DNA of 32,000 nt from Okeania sp. Lineage in GTDB: Bacteria > Cyanobacteriota > Cyanobacteriia > Cyanobacteriales > Microcoleaceae. The DNA lies in the NCBI RefSeq assembly GCF_035285525.1, contig NZ_JAYKGW010000012.1, positions 1 to 32,000 of the forward strand, given 5' to 3'. The notes under the pieces are model-generated. The model was not told the origin of the DNA. It worked only from the letters and a program-made list of their open reading frames with translations, and made no database searches. Numbering within the stretch: the stretch's first letter is position 1; every line of letters begins with the position of its first letter. The position numbers were made by a program, and so were the translations under genes. Of the stretch, positions 9,771 to 20,567 are shown in pieces.

Positions 9771-9860
9771 TTTAATATTAGTTTTAGATAATTTAGTTTA
9801 AATCAATTAAAAAATATAGCAATTCCCATAGTTATAAAGCACATTTACAATCCCCCTAAA

Positions 9861-10175
9861 TCCCCCTTTCAAAGCTATACTTTACCCACATATTTCTTAA
9901 CATAAAACTTGGGCATTACTGACAAGTTATAGGTAAGTCTTAGTTCGGCTTTTACGGTTCCCGATAAATTGGGATAAAAATGTATGAAAAAGCACATTTT
10001 TTGGCAATAGTTTCAGTAGTTTTACTTAGCTAATATGATGTTTTCTCCTTTCTCCCCTGCTCCCTTTTCCCCCTTCCCCTCCTGGGAGGGGCTAGGGGTG
10101 AGTTCCTGGGAAGGGCTAGGGGTAGATCTCAAACCTTTCAGGAGTTATGGGTAAGGGATAGCTTTGAAAGGGGGA
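9861..10175. mobile_element. MITE-like element with 18-bp terminal inverted repeats
   Basis: TCCCCCTTTCAAAGCTAT (9861-9878) and its perfect reverse complement ATAGCTTTGAAAGGGGGA (10158-10175) bracket about 280 bp of non-coding DNA. That DNA includes a CT-rich tract and a GGGGCTAGGGGTGAG/GGGCTAGGGGTAG duplication. Confidence 0.55.
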
Positions 10176-10187
10176 CTTTTTGTTGGT

Positions 10188-10402
10188 TCCTCCTTTCAAA
10201 GCTATGCTTTATAAACATCTTTACTTAACATAAAGTTTGACAAAAGAGAGAAGAGTTATGCCTTTGCCATTCAATGAGCATTCGGGGAAAGTAAACATAT
10301 TTAATTAGAGGCTTTTCTCCCCCCACCTCGACATTTCCTCACCCCCATCAAGAAGGTTTCAGGAGTTCATTAATTAATAAGGGATAGCTGACAAAGAGGG
10401 GA
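10188..10402. mobile_element. Second, degenerate copy of the same MITE-like element
   Basis: TTCCTCCTTTCAAAGCTAT (10188-10206) pairs with ATAGCTGACAAAGAGGGGA (10384-10402). Internal blocks (..ACATCTTTACTTAACATAAAGTTTGAC.., ..GGTTTCAGGAGTT..AAGGGATAGCT..) parallel the first copy. Confidence 0.45.
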
Positions 10403-10902
10403 TAGAAAAATGTACCTTATAGTAAAGGACTGCTATATAAATATTTTTATTATTGATGTAGTTTTTTTGCTAGAAAAACTTACATTATTCCTTCATTATT
10501 CCTTGTATATTTCATATTTAAGCTGCCAAAAATCACTCTTAATATTATAAATTTATAATATTTTTTTTTACTGATAGTTTTAATAAATTTAGCAGTTCAG
10601 TATTATAAATTTTAGGCTTTTTAATAAAAAGATACTTTTTTCATACCTACTAAATTGATCGATCCCTGATTAAATTTCTATACAAGACCTTGATTTTTTA
10701 TCAAGGCCATAAGTTAATATTTGATTAATTAATATAATATCTAAAATTTAGCCAAATTAAAAATAATTCACTTAATAAAAGTTACATGAGTAAAATTATG
10801 AATATAGAAAATTACAATTATAGGCAGTGTCAAATCACAGCCCTTCAATCAATTAAATTAAACAGATAAAAAGTGACACCCTGAAAAATTAGGAACTTAT
10901 AC

Positions 10903-11550
10903 TTAAGCTTGATTACTTTCAATTGCCCAACGCGCTAACTCTGTCCGATTATGCAAACCAGTTTTACCAAGCATATTGCTTACATGACTTTCAATCGTTC
11001 TTTGACTAACTTCCAGAATTTCTGCAATTTCACGATTAGCCATTCCCTTCGCTACCAACTGGACTACCTTTAATTCTGTGGGAGTTAATTCTACATTTCG
11101 GCGGACCTTAATTGTTGGCCCATTGCTCAGACTCGGATTTTGATATTTACTTAGGCGAGAAGCTTGTTTCAGAGAAGATTCTACTTGAGCCACAAGTTCT
11201 TCTGGTTCAAATGGTTTGACTATATAAACATCAGCTCCAATATTCAGACCTTTAACTCGGTCTTGGCTTTGACCCTTAGCAGATAAAAACAGAACTGGAA
11301 CGCATTCTGTGACTGAATTTTTTCTGATCTCCTGCACTAAGGTATAACCATCCATTTCCGGCATCATCACATCACATATAATTAGGTCTGGGATTTTTTC
11401 TTCTAGCAGTTCTAGAGCTTCTCGACCATTTTCTGCCGTTGTTACCTGATATCCACGAAACTCTAAATAATCTTTAACCAATAAGATTAGATTAGGGTCA
11501 TCATCAACTAACATTAATTGTTTTGTATCTGCAGTATTTATTTCTTTCAT
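10903..11550 (-). CDS. NarL/FixJ (LuxR-HTH) family response regulator
   Basis: REC domain (LMLVDDDPN, ICDVMMPEMDGY, FLSAKG, VKPF) plus a C-terminal HTH (LTPTELKVVQLVAKGMANREIAEILEVSQRTIESHVSNMLGKTG). ATG at 11550 is preferred over the GTG at 11565 used in the track. From memory, it resembles the conserved cyanobacterial Rre1/Ycf29-type regulator. Confidence 0.9.
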   Translation of the reverse strand: MKEINTADTKQLMLVDDDPNLILLVKDYLEFRGYQVTTAENGREALELLEEKIPDLIICDVMMPEMDGYTLVQEIRKNSVTECVPVLFLSAKGQSQDRVKGLNIGADVYIVKPFEPEELVAQVESSLKQASRLSKYQNPSLSNGPTIKVRRNVELTPTELKVVQLVAKGMANREIAEILEVSQRTIESHVSNMLGKTGLHNRTELARWAIESNQA

Positions 11551-12028
11551 AATTGAAGAACTCACTTTTTTTTATTCTGACAAATATTTACTTTATTAAC
11601 TGGAGAACCAATGTCTTTAATTAGTAGAATTCGGAAATATTCAGCAATTTTGCCACTTTCCTGAAAATTAATGATACACATCCTTACCAAAAAGGTTGGG
11701 ACTGCATCTAATACTAAAATAGAGTTTATCCCTTATTTATTTTATAGAACATAAATTTGATCTTCAATCAATAGCCTAATAATTAAAGTTGATGTAGCTA
11801 GATAAAAGCTTTGTAACTATACAAGTAATTACCACTACTTTTAATAATAAAATATGAAGATTTAATAATATTCTCTACTAATATAGTAAAGAAATATAGT
11901 TAATTTAACTGAACTTATTAAGTTAATGTTTATGATGAATTAGTAACAGTTAGTTATTAATTGGGAACTAAGTTTTCTAGTTGGTCTGCAAGTAATTTGT
12001 CCATAATTACTTAATATGGGCCGATAAA

Positions 12029-12538
12029 TCAATTACAATAATTTGATGAAATAATTCTGGATTCTGGCAAAGGATGAGTCAGAAAAACGTATTCTTCTAC
12101 TACTTGAGAACCGATGATGTGTTCTTGAATAATTTTTTCAATCACAGGAGGAGTTGCCGAGTGATACCATACTCCTTCGGGATAAATAACCATGATTGGA
12201 CCTTGAGAACAAACTCGTAAACAGTTAGCTTTAGTGCGAAATGTACACCCTGGCTTATGGCTAGGCTGGTCTAGTCCTAATTCTTTCAGACGTTTTTTAA
12301 GATAATCCCATGCTTCTAGACCAACTTCTGTTGAGGAACATTTTGGTTTAGTTTGGTCTGCACAAATAAAAATATGTCTCTGAATTTTACTCAGTCCCAG
12401 AGATTGGACACAACTTTCGAGGGACTCTTGACAAATATCTACATCAATGTCTTCCTGTGGAGAATTTTTCTGGAATTGGACTATTGGCTCTTCTGGCCTA
12501 CCCTCTTGGCTCATTTGGTCAGACAAGTTATTCATCAT
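12029..12538 (-). CDS. Thioredoxin-like [2Fe-2S] ferredoxin domain protein
   Basis: 169-aa ORF with [14 protein letters not shown].. and ..[24 protein letters not shown]... This matches the four-Cys spacing and fold signature of thioredoxin-like ferredoxins. A roughly 50-aa N-terminal extension has no recognised motif. Confidence 0.75.
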   Translation of the reverse strand: MMNNLSDQMSQEGRPEEPIVQFQKNSPQEDIDVDICQESLESCVQSLGLSKIQRHIFICADQTKPKCSSTEVGLEAWDYLKKRLKELGLDQPSHKPGCTFRTKANCLRVCSQGPIMVIYPEGVWYHSATPPVIEKIIQEHIIGSQVVEEYVFLTHPLPESRIISSNYCN

Positions 12539-12671
12539 ACAAATTGCAATACACCTTAAAATTTCTTTCCATATAAATTATACCTCATGCCAAAGTCAGA
12601 TGTCGGATTAAGTACATCAAATGACTTACTTAAGTAATGGATAATTGATAATTAGCTATGAGAATCTTTCT

Positions 12672-12730
12672 CCCCTACTCCCCTACTCCCCTACTCCCCT
12701 ACTCCCCTACTCCCCTACTCCCCTACTCCC
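12672..12730. repeat. Tandem octamer CCCCTACT x ~7
   Basis: Read directly. It produces the artefactual ORF 12658..12870 (PYSPTPLL repeats). Confidence 0.9.
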
Positions 12731-12800
12731 TAATGCACATTTTTAGCTGTCTCGGTCCAGTAGTGGGCCGACACAGCTGGTGCATTAAGGAACCAGGCTC

Positions 12801-12970
12801 TGTAGGGGCGAGTTACGGTTCCCGAAAAATCACAACGAAAGTTAAGGAGTTTTCTTATGGAGTCGGCTAAACCCGCCCCATAATACAAGCCATCGTCTAA
12901 CGGGGCGGGTTTATCTAAATCTTAGAGTAAGCATGAAAATCTCTGATCAAACCCGCCCCTACCCCATGCA
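12801..12970. repeat. ~170-bp dispersed repeat, copy A
   Basis: TGTAGGGGCGAGTTACGGTTCCCGAAAAATCACAACGAAAGTTAAGGAGTTTTC..AAACCCGCCCCATAATA..GGGGCGGGTTTAT.TAAATC.TAGAGTAAGCATGAAAAT..AAACCCGCCCCTACCCCATGCAC. It is near-identical to 20897-21068. Confidence 0.85.
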
Positions 12971-13280
12971 CACTCATTAGGTGTGTCATTCCAGTAGTGG
13001 ACCGTTTCATCTAAAACTTTGCAGAGCGATTTTCTCTCTTGCCTCCCTGTCTTCCTTGTCTAGACACAGCCAAAAAGTAATGCACCATTTTAAGATGAAA
13101 CAATCCAGTAGGGTGTATTTAGATGTAGGTTGGGTTGAGGGACGAAACAAGGGCAAAAATCTTTCTTCCCCTACTCCTTCACTCCCCTACTCCCTAATGC
13201 ACCATTTTAGCTGTGTTAGTCCAGTAGGGTGTATTAGCGTACTTCGTAAACCACCAACATATATATAGACTTAAAAAAAC

Positions 13281-13319
13281 TATCGCTATATATAGTTTTC
13301 AAAACTATATATAGCGATA
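13281..13319. repeat. 39-bp perfect palindrome
   Basis: TATCGCTATATATAGTTTT-C-AAAACTATATATAGCGATA, with 19-nt arms around a single central C. It lies ~255 nt upstream of groES. Confidence 0.85.
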
Positions 13320-13419
13320 TAGCGTTTCTGGGTAATTTCTGATTTGGATAGAGATATCTAATGAATCTTACCTATCTTCAAGACACTCCCAACATTTCCC
13401 ATACTCCCCACACTTCCCA

Positions 13420-13435
13420 GTTCGGGAACCCGTAC
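13420..13435 (+). promoter_or_regulatory. K-box-like element upstream of groESL
   Basis: GTTCGGGAACCCGTAC fits the GTTCGG-NNAN-CCNNAC consensus that I recall for the cyanobacterial groE light/heat-responsive K-box. It lies 40 nt upstream of CIRCE. Confidence 0.45.
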
Positions 13436-13474
13436 AGTTTAGTCAGTTGCGATCACAAGTCTTATTCAGGTACA

Positions 13475-13501
13475 TTAGCACTCAGGTGGTGAGAGTGCTA
13501 A
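13475..13501 (+). promoter_or_regulatory. CIRCE operator (HrcA binding site)
   Basis: TTAGCACTC-aggtggtga-GAGTGCTAA is a perfect match to the TTAGCACTC-N9-GAGTGCTAA consensus. It lies 75 nt upstream of the groES ATG. Confidence 0.92.
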
Positions 13502-13575
13502 AAATAAAATGAAGTTAAAACATAGCTTCACCTTAAGGCTCTCAACAAAAGTAAAATTTATCTGGAGGTAATGTC

Positions 13576-13887
13576 ATGGCAGCTGTAACACTAAGTGTTT
13601 CTACTGTTAAGCCCTTGGGCGATCGTGTATTCGTCAAAGTTAGCCAATCTGAAGAAAAGACAGCAGGTGGTATTCTTCTACCTGATACTGCAAAAGAAAA
13701 ACCACAAGTAGGAGAAGTTGCTGCTGCTGGACCTGGTAAGCGCAATGATGATGGTTCCCGTTCAGAAATGGAAGTTAAAGTAGGAGACAAAGTTCTCTAC
13801 TCAAAATATGCAGGAACTGATATTAAACTTGGTGGCGATGAATACGTCCTACTATCAGAAAAAGATATTCTCGCTATTGTTAACTAA
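13576..13887 (+). CDS. groES: Co-chaperonin GroES
   Basis: 103-aa ORF with [12 protein letters not shown].., ..[20 protein letters not shown].. and ..[28 protein letters not shown]... Confidence 0.97.
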   Translation: MAAVTLSVSTVKPLGDRVFVKVSQSEEKTAGGILLPDTAKEKPQVGEVAAAGPGKRNDDGSRSEMEVKVGDKVLYSKYAGTDIKLGGDEYVLLSEKDILAIVN

Positions 13888-14130
13888 TAATTCTGAAGTT
13901 GTTCTATAGCACTAGCAAACTTTTGCTTCATATTTTATGTTTGCTAAAGTGCTAAAACAAATAATCTTTATAGCAGTTGAAGCCAAAGTTAGGATGTTTT
14001 GGAATCCTGTTTATGGAGGATTTCTCTATACGAAAAACTCTTTGATTTTGTGCGATTAACTGTTCCCTGTTCCCTATCCCCTAGCGCGTAGCGCTATCAA
14101 ACTAAAAAAATAATCAACTACAACTACTAA

Positions 14131-15780
<1,650 letters not shown>

Positions 15781-15793
15781 ATTTTTTGAAGAT

Positions 15794-15832
15794 GGGGAAC
15801 AATTCCCAAATTGTTCCCCCTTGATTTTTTTT
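15794..15832 (+). terminator. Rho-independent terminator of groESL
   Basis: GGGGAACAATT-ccca-AATTGTTCCCC is a perfect 11-bp stem. It is followed by cttgaTTTTTTTT and begins 14 nt after the groEL stop. Confidence 0.8.
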
Positions 15833-15904
15833 GTCAGAACTCACGCAAAGAAACCCGGTTCCTACAAGGAACCGGGTTTATCGGTTCCCGTGGCTTTAGT
15901 CCTG

Positions 15905-17423
15905 AAATAATCAGGACTTACGCACAGACACTATATATAGTGCATAGCAAGTAGAGCGATCGCTATGATTTTTAGAGAGTGATACGGCTAAGGCCACGCT
16001 CCGCGAACGCCCAGTATTTCTGATACTATCTATATCCATAAAACTTAAATAACTGTCATTTTAATTGCAGGATGTTTGAGTTCTGATACTAGATATTTAG
16101 ATAATAATTGATGTTTGAGTTGCTCAGTAGTCTTCCCCATAATGTATGCCATTTTTTTTCAATGATTCCAGACCAACATGGCACAAGCAATATGATTTTT
16201 TTTGAATTTTGGCTCGACGACACTGGCAAAATTATATTCCCGTTAACTGCTTTATTTCTCTATAAAATTATTCGATTTTCTATCTAGTTTGTGACTCAAA
16301 TTATACATCATCTTTAGAAAACTGACTTAAGTCATTAGTCACAATGTATTCTTTCCTCTTGGCAGAAATAGTAACCCAGAATAGCTTGAATTTTTTATCC
16401 CTTGGAAAACCTTTAATTTTTATTATTTTACCGGATCTTTTTTCTGATTCATTCCAACTTAACGCAGAAATATTTTTATATTTTTCTACACCTCCAGTAT
16501 CATCTACATACGCGATTCATTTTCAATGGACAATAATAAATTTTCCTTAAATTATCTATCAATGCTATTAATCTTTGCGTTGCATACCAACTATCCATTA
16601 ATACAGTTTTAAATCGTAATTTCTTCTTATTTATCACATCTAATATCATTTATTCAACATTATCTGTTTTAGTTCTTTGATTGTTATCTGGATCATAAAT
16701 ACGATAATGTATTATCCAAAACTGTTCACTTTCAGGATGAAAATAGATACAATTAACTATTCCTATACCCAGAGTCACCTGATGTTCATTACCACTGTAT
16801 TATCCTCCCACAAGTTCAATTTTTTGGGCATATTTTTTCTTGATAACTGTATCATCAAAAATTAGGTATCCCTCTAGGGTTTTGACAATTTCTCCTTTCC
16901 CATTTCGCCATAAATCTTTTCAACTCAAGTTTTCCATTTTTAAATAACGGTTTATTCTATCATGGCTAACTTTTTCTATATGGTTTGCTAAATTTGTAAT
17001 GGTATAATTTGTATGATAATTCAGTAGATATTGGTATGGTATCAACATAGTTGAAATTCATATTATTAACTCAAATCAACAATAACACTATTCTCTAATA
17101 GTTAGAGTTTTTTTGGCAAGGTTTATTTACCTTGAATTACACTGGTAAAAATCAACTATACCTCAGTATTAAGTCCTGTTGATTTTTGATGGGGACAAAA
17201 TCAGTAATGGTTAGCGATCACTATACCTAATATACTCTGTATATAATGTCATGCTTAAAAGCATGACACTATATATACTGTATTTATGTCAGTCCCGATC
17301 ATGATACTTATTTTGAGGCGATCCCGGAGCGTGGCCTTAGCCTTATCGCTCTCTAAAAATCATAGCGCTCGCTCTACTGACTATACGCTATATATAGTGT
17401 CTTTGCGTAAGTCCTGATTATTT
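15905..17423. mobile_element. Decayed insertion sequence with 107-bp terminal inverted repeats
   Basis: 15905-16011 (AAATAATCAGGACTTACGCACAGACACTATATATAGTGCATAGCAAGTAGAGCGATCGCTATGATTTTTAGAGAGTGATACGGCTAAGGCCACGCTCCGCGAACGCC) is the reverse complement of 17317-17423, with about 10 mismatches. The repeats bracket a transposase remnant. Confidence 0.75.
16061..17048 (-). pseudogene. DDE transposase (IS4/IS701-like) remnant
   Basis: Hand translation of the minus strand gives MLIPYQYLLNYHTNYTITNLANHIEKVSHDRINRYLKMENLS*KDLW..GYLIFDDTVIKKKYAQKIELVGG*YSGNEHQVTLGIGIVNCIYFHPESEQFWIIHYRIYDP..VE*MILDVINKKKLRFKTVLMDSWYATQRLIALIDNLRKIYYCPLKMNR(frameshift)VDDTGGVEKYK..KEYIVTNDLSQ..*..FYREIKQLTG... DDE-type hallmarks (DDT, MDSWY, YREIKQ) are present. 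There are at least 5 in-frame stops and at least 1 frameshift. Confidence 0.7.
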
Positions 17424-17585
17424 ATATTTTTTAAATTGTTTAAGCTATATTAAGATTGCTATATTAGATAAAAAGTAGCGGAAGGAAGATTACAAAACCA
17501 CTAACTTGAAATCTCTTGTAGTGATAAACACCTAAATTAATTCCGATACATAATCCCAGTTAATTTAACCATATTTTAGAAAGAA

Positions 17586-20567
17586 ATGGTAACAGAAACA
17601 TCTGATAGCAACTACGAAACTAAAACCCAGGAAATAGCTAAACAACTCTTGACAGTCACCAAAGAAAAAAACAGTTCTTTTTTAGGTCAACTGCAAAATC
17701 AAATGCGGTGGGATGATAAACTCCTTGACTGGGCAATGAGTAACCCGGGTTTGCGAGTACAACTATTTCGTTTTATTGACTGTTTACCAGCACTAAGTAA
17801 TAAACCAGAAATAGCTGCTCACCTCCAAGAATATTTGACTACGGAAGAGGTCGAACTTCCGGAAGCTCTAAAAAAACTTCTCAATTTTGCTAACCCAGAC
17901 TCTGTTCCTGGTAAACTAGCAGCTACCACTGTTGCACCCGCAGTTGAAACCCTCGCTCATAAATACATTGCTGGGGAGAATATCAAGCAAATTATCAAAA
18001 CTCTAGAAAAATTACGGAAGGATAAAATGTGCTTTACTGTAGACCTCCTGGGGGAAGCAGTGATTACGGAAACTGAAGCACAGTTATATTTAGCTCGTTA
18101 TTTGGAACTGATGAGTGAACTTTCTCAAGGTGCTAATAAGTGGTCATCAGTTCCCCAGATAGATGAAGCAGAAGGGGAAAAACTGCCACGAGTACAGGTA
18201 TCGGTAAAACTGACAGCATTTTATTCTCAGTTCGATCCTCTTGATGTTAAAGGTAGTCAAGAAAGAGTTAGCGCTCGCGCCCGCACTTTGCTCAGACGTG
18301 CCGAAGAACTTGGTGTAGCAGTTCACTTTGATATGGAGCAATACACCTACAAAGATTTGACTATTGCTATTCTCAAAGAATTGTTAATGGAAGAAGAGTT
18401 CTGCAACCGTAGTGATATTGGTGTTACTATTCAAGCATATTTGCGGGATAGTGAAAAAGACTTGCAGGGTATTATTGATTGGGCAAAAGTTCGTAGTTTT
18501 CCTGTGACTGTTCGCCTCGTTAAAGGAGCGTATTGGGATCAAGAAACTATTAATGCTTTACAAAATGACTGGCCGCAACCAGTATTTAACGATAAATCTG
18601 AAACTGATGCTAATTTTGAAAAGCTGACTCAGATGATGTTAGAAAATCATCAATATATTTATTCTGCTATTGGTAGTCATAATGTTCGTTCTCAAGCCAA
18701 GGCGATCGCTCTAGCGGAAAGTCTCAAAGTTCCTCAACGTTGTTTTGAAATGCAGGTTCTCTATGGTATGGGCGACCAAATAGCGAAAGCATTAGTCGAT
18801 AGAGGTTATCGAGTTCGCGTTTATTGCCCTTACGGCGACTTATTACCAGGAATGTCATATTTGATTCGTCGTCTTTTAGAAAATACTGCTAACAGTTCAT
18901 TCCTCCGACAAAGTTCAGAAAATCGACCTATCGAAGAATTATTGGCAGCACCTACGACTAATGGTAAGACTACAATACACGATCTTGTTAAACCAGTTTT
19001 TCCCAATGTTGCCGATAGCGATTACGCTAACGCCCAACAACGACAACAAGCTTTTGATGGTATTGCTAAAGCGCGACTACAGTTAGGAAAAACTTATCTG
19101 CCAATTATTAATGGTGAATATACAAATACTGCACAAATAGTTGATTCTGTCAACCCATCAAACCCCAGAGAAGTTGTTGGTAAAATTGGTTTAATTTCTG
19201 TGGAACAAGCAGAAAAAGCAATTCAAGCAGCCAAAGCAGCATTTCCAGGTTGGAAAAAAACACCAGTTCAGGAACGGACAGGGATATTACGCAAAGCTGC
19301 TGACTTAATGGAAAAACGTCGTCACGAACTGACAGCATGGATGGTTTTAGAAGTTGGGAAACCACTTAACCAGTGTAATGCAGAAGTTTCTGAAGCTATA
19401 GATTTTTGTCGTTATTATGCTGATGAAATGGAACGGTTGGAGCATGGTTATAAATATGATGTCGCTGGAGAAACTGACCGTTATCATTATCAACCTCGTG
19501 GTATTTCTCTGGTAATTTCACCTTGGAATTTTCCTCTTGCTATTCCTACGGGAATGACGGTTGCATCTTTAGTGACTGGTAACTGCACATTGTTAAAACC
19601 TGCGGAGGTGTCATCAGTTATTGCCTCCAAAATTGCTGAAATTTTGGTAGAAGCAGGTTTTCCTAAAGGGGTATTTCAGTTTGTTCCCGGTAAGGGTTCC
19701 ACAGTAGGTGATTTTATGGTGAAGCACCCAGATGTGAATAGTATTACTTTTACTGGTTCCCAGGAAGTAGGTTGTCATATTTATGCTCAAGCTGCTATTT
19801 TGCGACCGGGGCAAAAACATCTGAAGCGAGTTATTGCGGAAATGGGTGGTAAAAATGCAATTATCGTGGATGAAAGTGCTGACCTTGACCAAGCAGTTGC
19901 TGGGGTTGTACATTCTGCTTTTGGATATAGTGGACAGAAATGTTCTGCTTGTTCGCGGGTTGTGGTTTTAAGACCAATTTATGATACTTTTGTCAGTCGG
20001 TTAGTTGAAGCGACGCGATCGCTAAATATAGGAGATGCGGAGAAACCTAGTACCCAAGTTGGTCCGGTTATTGATGAGAAAGCACAAAAGCGGATTCAGG
20101 AATATATTGCTATCGGTAAGCAGGAGGCCGAGGTTGCTATTGAGATGAGTGCGCCAGAGGATGGTTATTTTGTTGGTCCTGTGGTATTTAAAGATGTGTC
20201 ACCGGATGGGACTATTGCTCAGGAGGAAATATTCGGTCCGGTATTAGCAGTGATGAAAGCAAAGGATTTTTCTGAGGCGCTAGAAATTGCTAACGGAACG
20301 AATTTTGCTTTGACTGGTGGGTTGTATTCTCGGACTCCTTCTCACATTGAACGAGCGAAAGCAGAATTTGAAGTGGGAAATTTATATATTAATCGTGGGA
20401 TTACCGGAGCGATCATTTCCAGGCAACCTTTTGGTGGGTTTAAGTTATCTGGTGTCGGTTCAAAAGCAGGAGGTCCTGATTATTTACTACAATTTTTGGA
20501 ACCGCGCACAATAACAGAGAATCTGCAACGGCAAGGTTTTGCTCCTATTGAGGGTGTGGATAGTTAA
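17586..20567 (+). CDS. putA: Bifunctional proline dehydrogenase / L-glutamate gamma-semialdehyde (P5C) dehydrogenase
   Basis: 993-aa ORF. The N-terminal half is a proline dehydrogenase domain (..VRLVKGAYWDQE.., ..YLIRRLLENTANSSF..). The C-terminal half is an aldehyde dehydrogenase with EMGGKNA (catalytic Glu) and GQKCSACSR (catalytic Cys). There is no N-terminal ribbon-helix-helix DNA-binding domain. Confidence 0.93.
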   Translation: MVTETSDSNYETKTQEIAKQLLTVTKEKNSSFLGQLQNQMRWDDKLLDWAMSNPGLRVQLFRFIDCLPALSNKPEIAAHLQEYLTTEEVELPEALKKLLNFANPDSVPGKLAATTVAPAVETLAHKYIAGENIKQIIKTLEKLRKDKMCFTVDLLGEAVITETEAQLYLARYLELMSELSQGANKWSSVPQIDEAEGEKLPRVQVSVKLTAFYSQFDPLDVKGSQERVSARARTLLRRAEELGVAVHFDMEQYTYKDLTIAILKELLMEEEFCNRSDIGVTIQAYLRDSEKDLQGIIDWAKVRSFPVTVRLVKGAYWDQETINALQNDWPQPVFNDKSETDANFEKLTQMMLENHQYIYSAIGSHNVRSQAKAIALAESLKVPQRCFEMQVLYGMGDQIAKALVDRGYRVRVYCPYGDLLPGMSYLIRRLLENTANSSFLRQSSENRPIEELLAAPTTNGKTTIHDLVKPVFPNVADSDYANAQQRQQAFDGIAKARLQLGKTYLPIINGEYTNTAQIVDSVNPSNPREVVGKIGLISVEQAEKAIQAAKAAFPGWKKTPVQERTGILRKAADLMEKRRHELTAWMVLEVGKPLNQCNAEVSEAIDFCRYYADEMERLEHGYKYDVAGETDRYHYQPRGISLVISPWNFPLAIPTGMTVASLVTGNCTLLKPAEVSSVIASKIAEILVEAGFPKGVFQFVPGKGSTVGDFMVKHPDVNSITFTGSQEVGCHIYAQAAILRPGQKHLKRVIAEMGGKNAIIVDESADLDQAVAGVVHSAFGYSGQKCSACSRVVVLRPIYDTFVSRLVEATRSLNIGDAEKPSTQVGPVIDEKAQKRIQEYIAIGKQEAEVAIEMSAPEDGYFVGPVVFKDVSPDGTIAQEEIFGPVLAVMKAKDFSEALEIANGTNFALTGGLYSRTPSHIERAKAEFEVGNLYINRGITGAIISRQPFGGFKLSGVGSKAGGPDYLLQFLEPRTITENLQRQGFAPIEGVDS

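Noticed and set aside
12672-12730. Possible CRISPR array (regularly spaced short repeats here and at 297-328, 24819-25022)
   Set aside because: The repeats are 7-8 nt, strictly tandem and have no spacers. These are STRR-type microsatellites, not CRISPR. No 25-40-nt repeat/spacer architecture was seen anywhere in the window.
12658-13268. ORFs 12658..12870 and 12981..13268 (and 20961..21176 on the minus strand)
   Set aside because: They are generated by the CCCCTACT octamer array and by dispersed repeats (PYSPTPLL periodic translation). There is no coding-like composition or motifs.
16344-16865. Plus-strand ORFs 16344..16550 and 16677..16865 inside the IS
   Set aside because: They are antisense to the recognisable, decayed DDE transposase frame on the minus strand, and their translations are low-complexity.
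18147-20514. ORFs inside putA (18147..18341-, 19150..19365-, 19614..19913-, 20317..20514+)
   Set aside because: These are shadow ORFs within a continuous, motif-rich 993-aa CDS.
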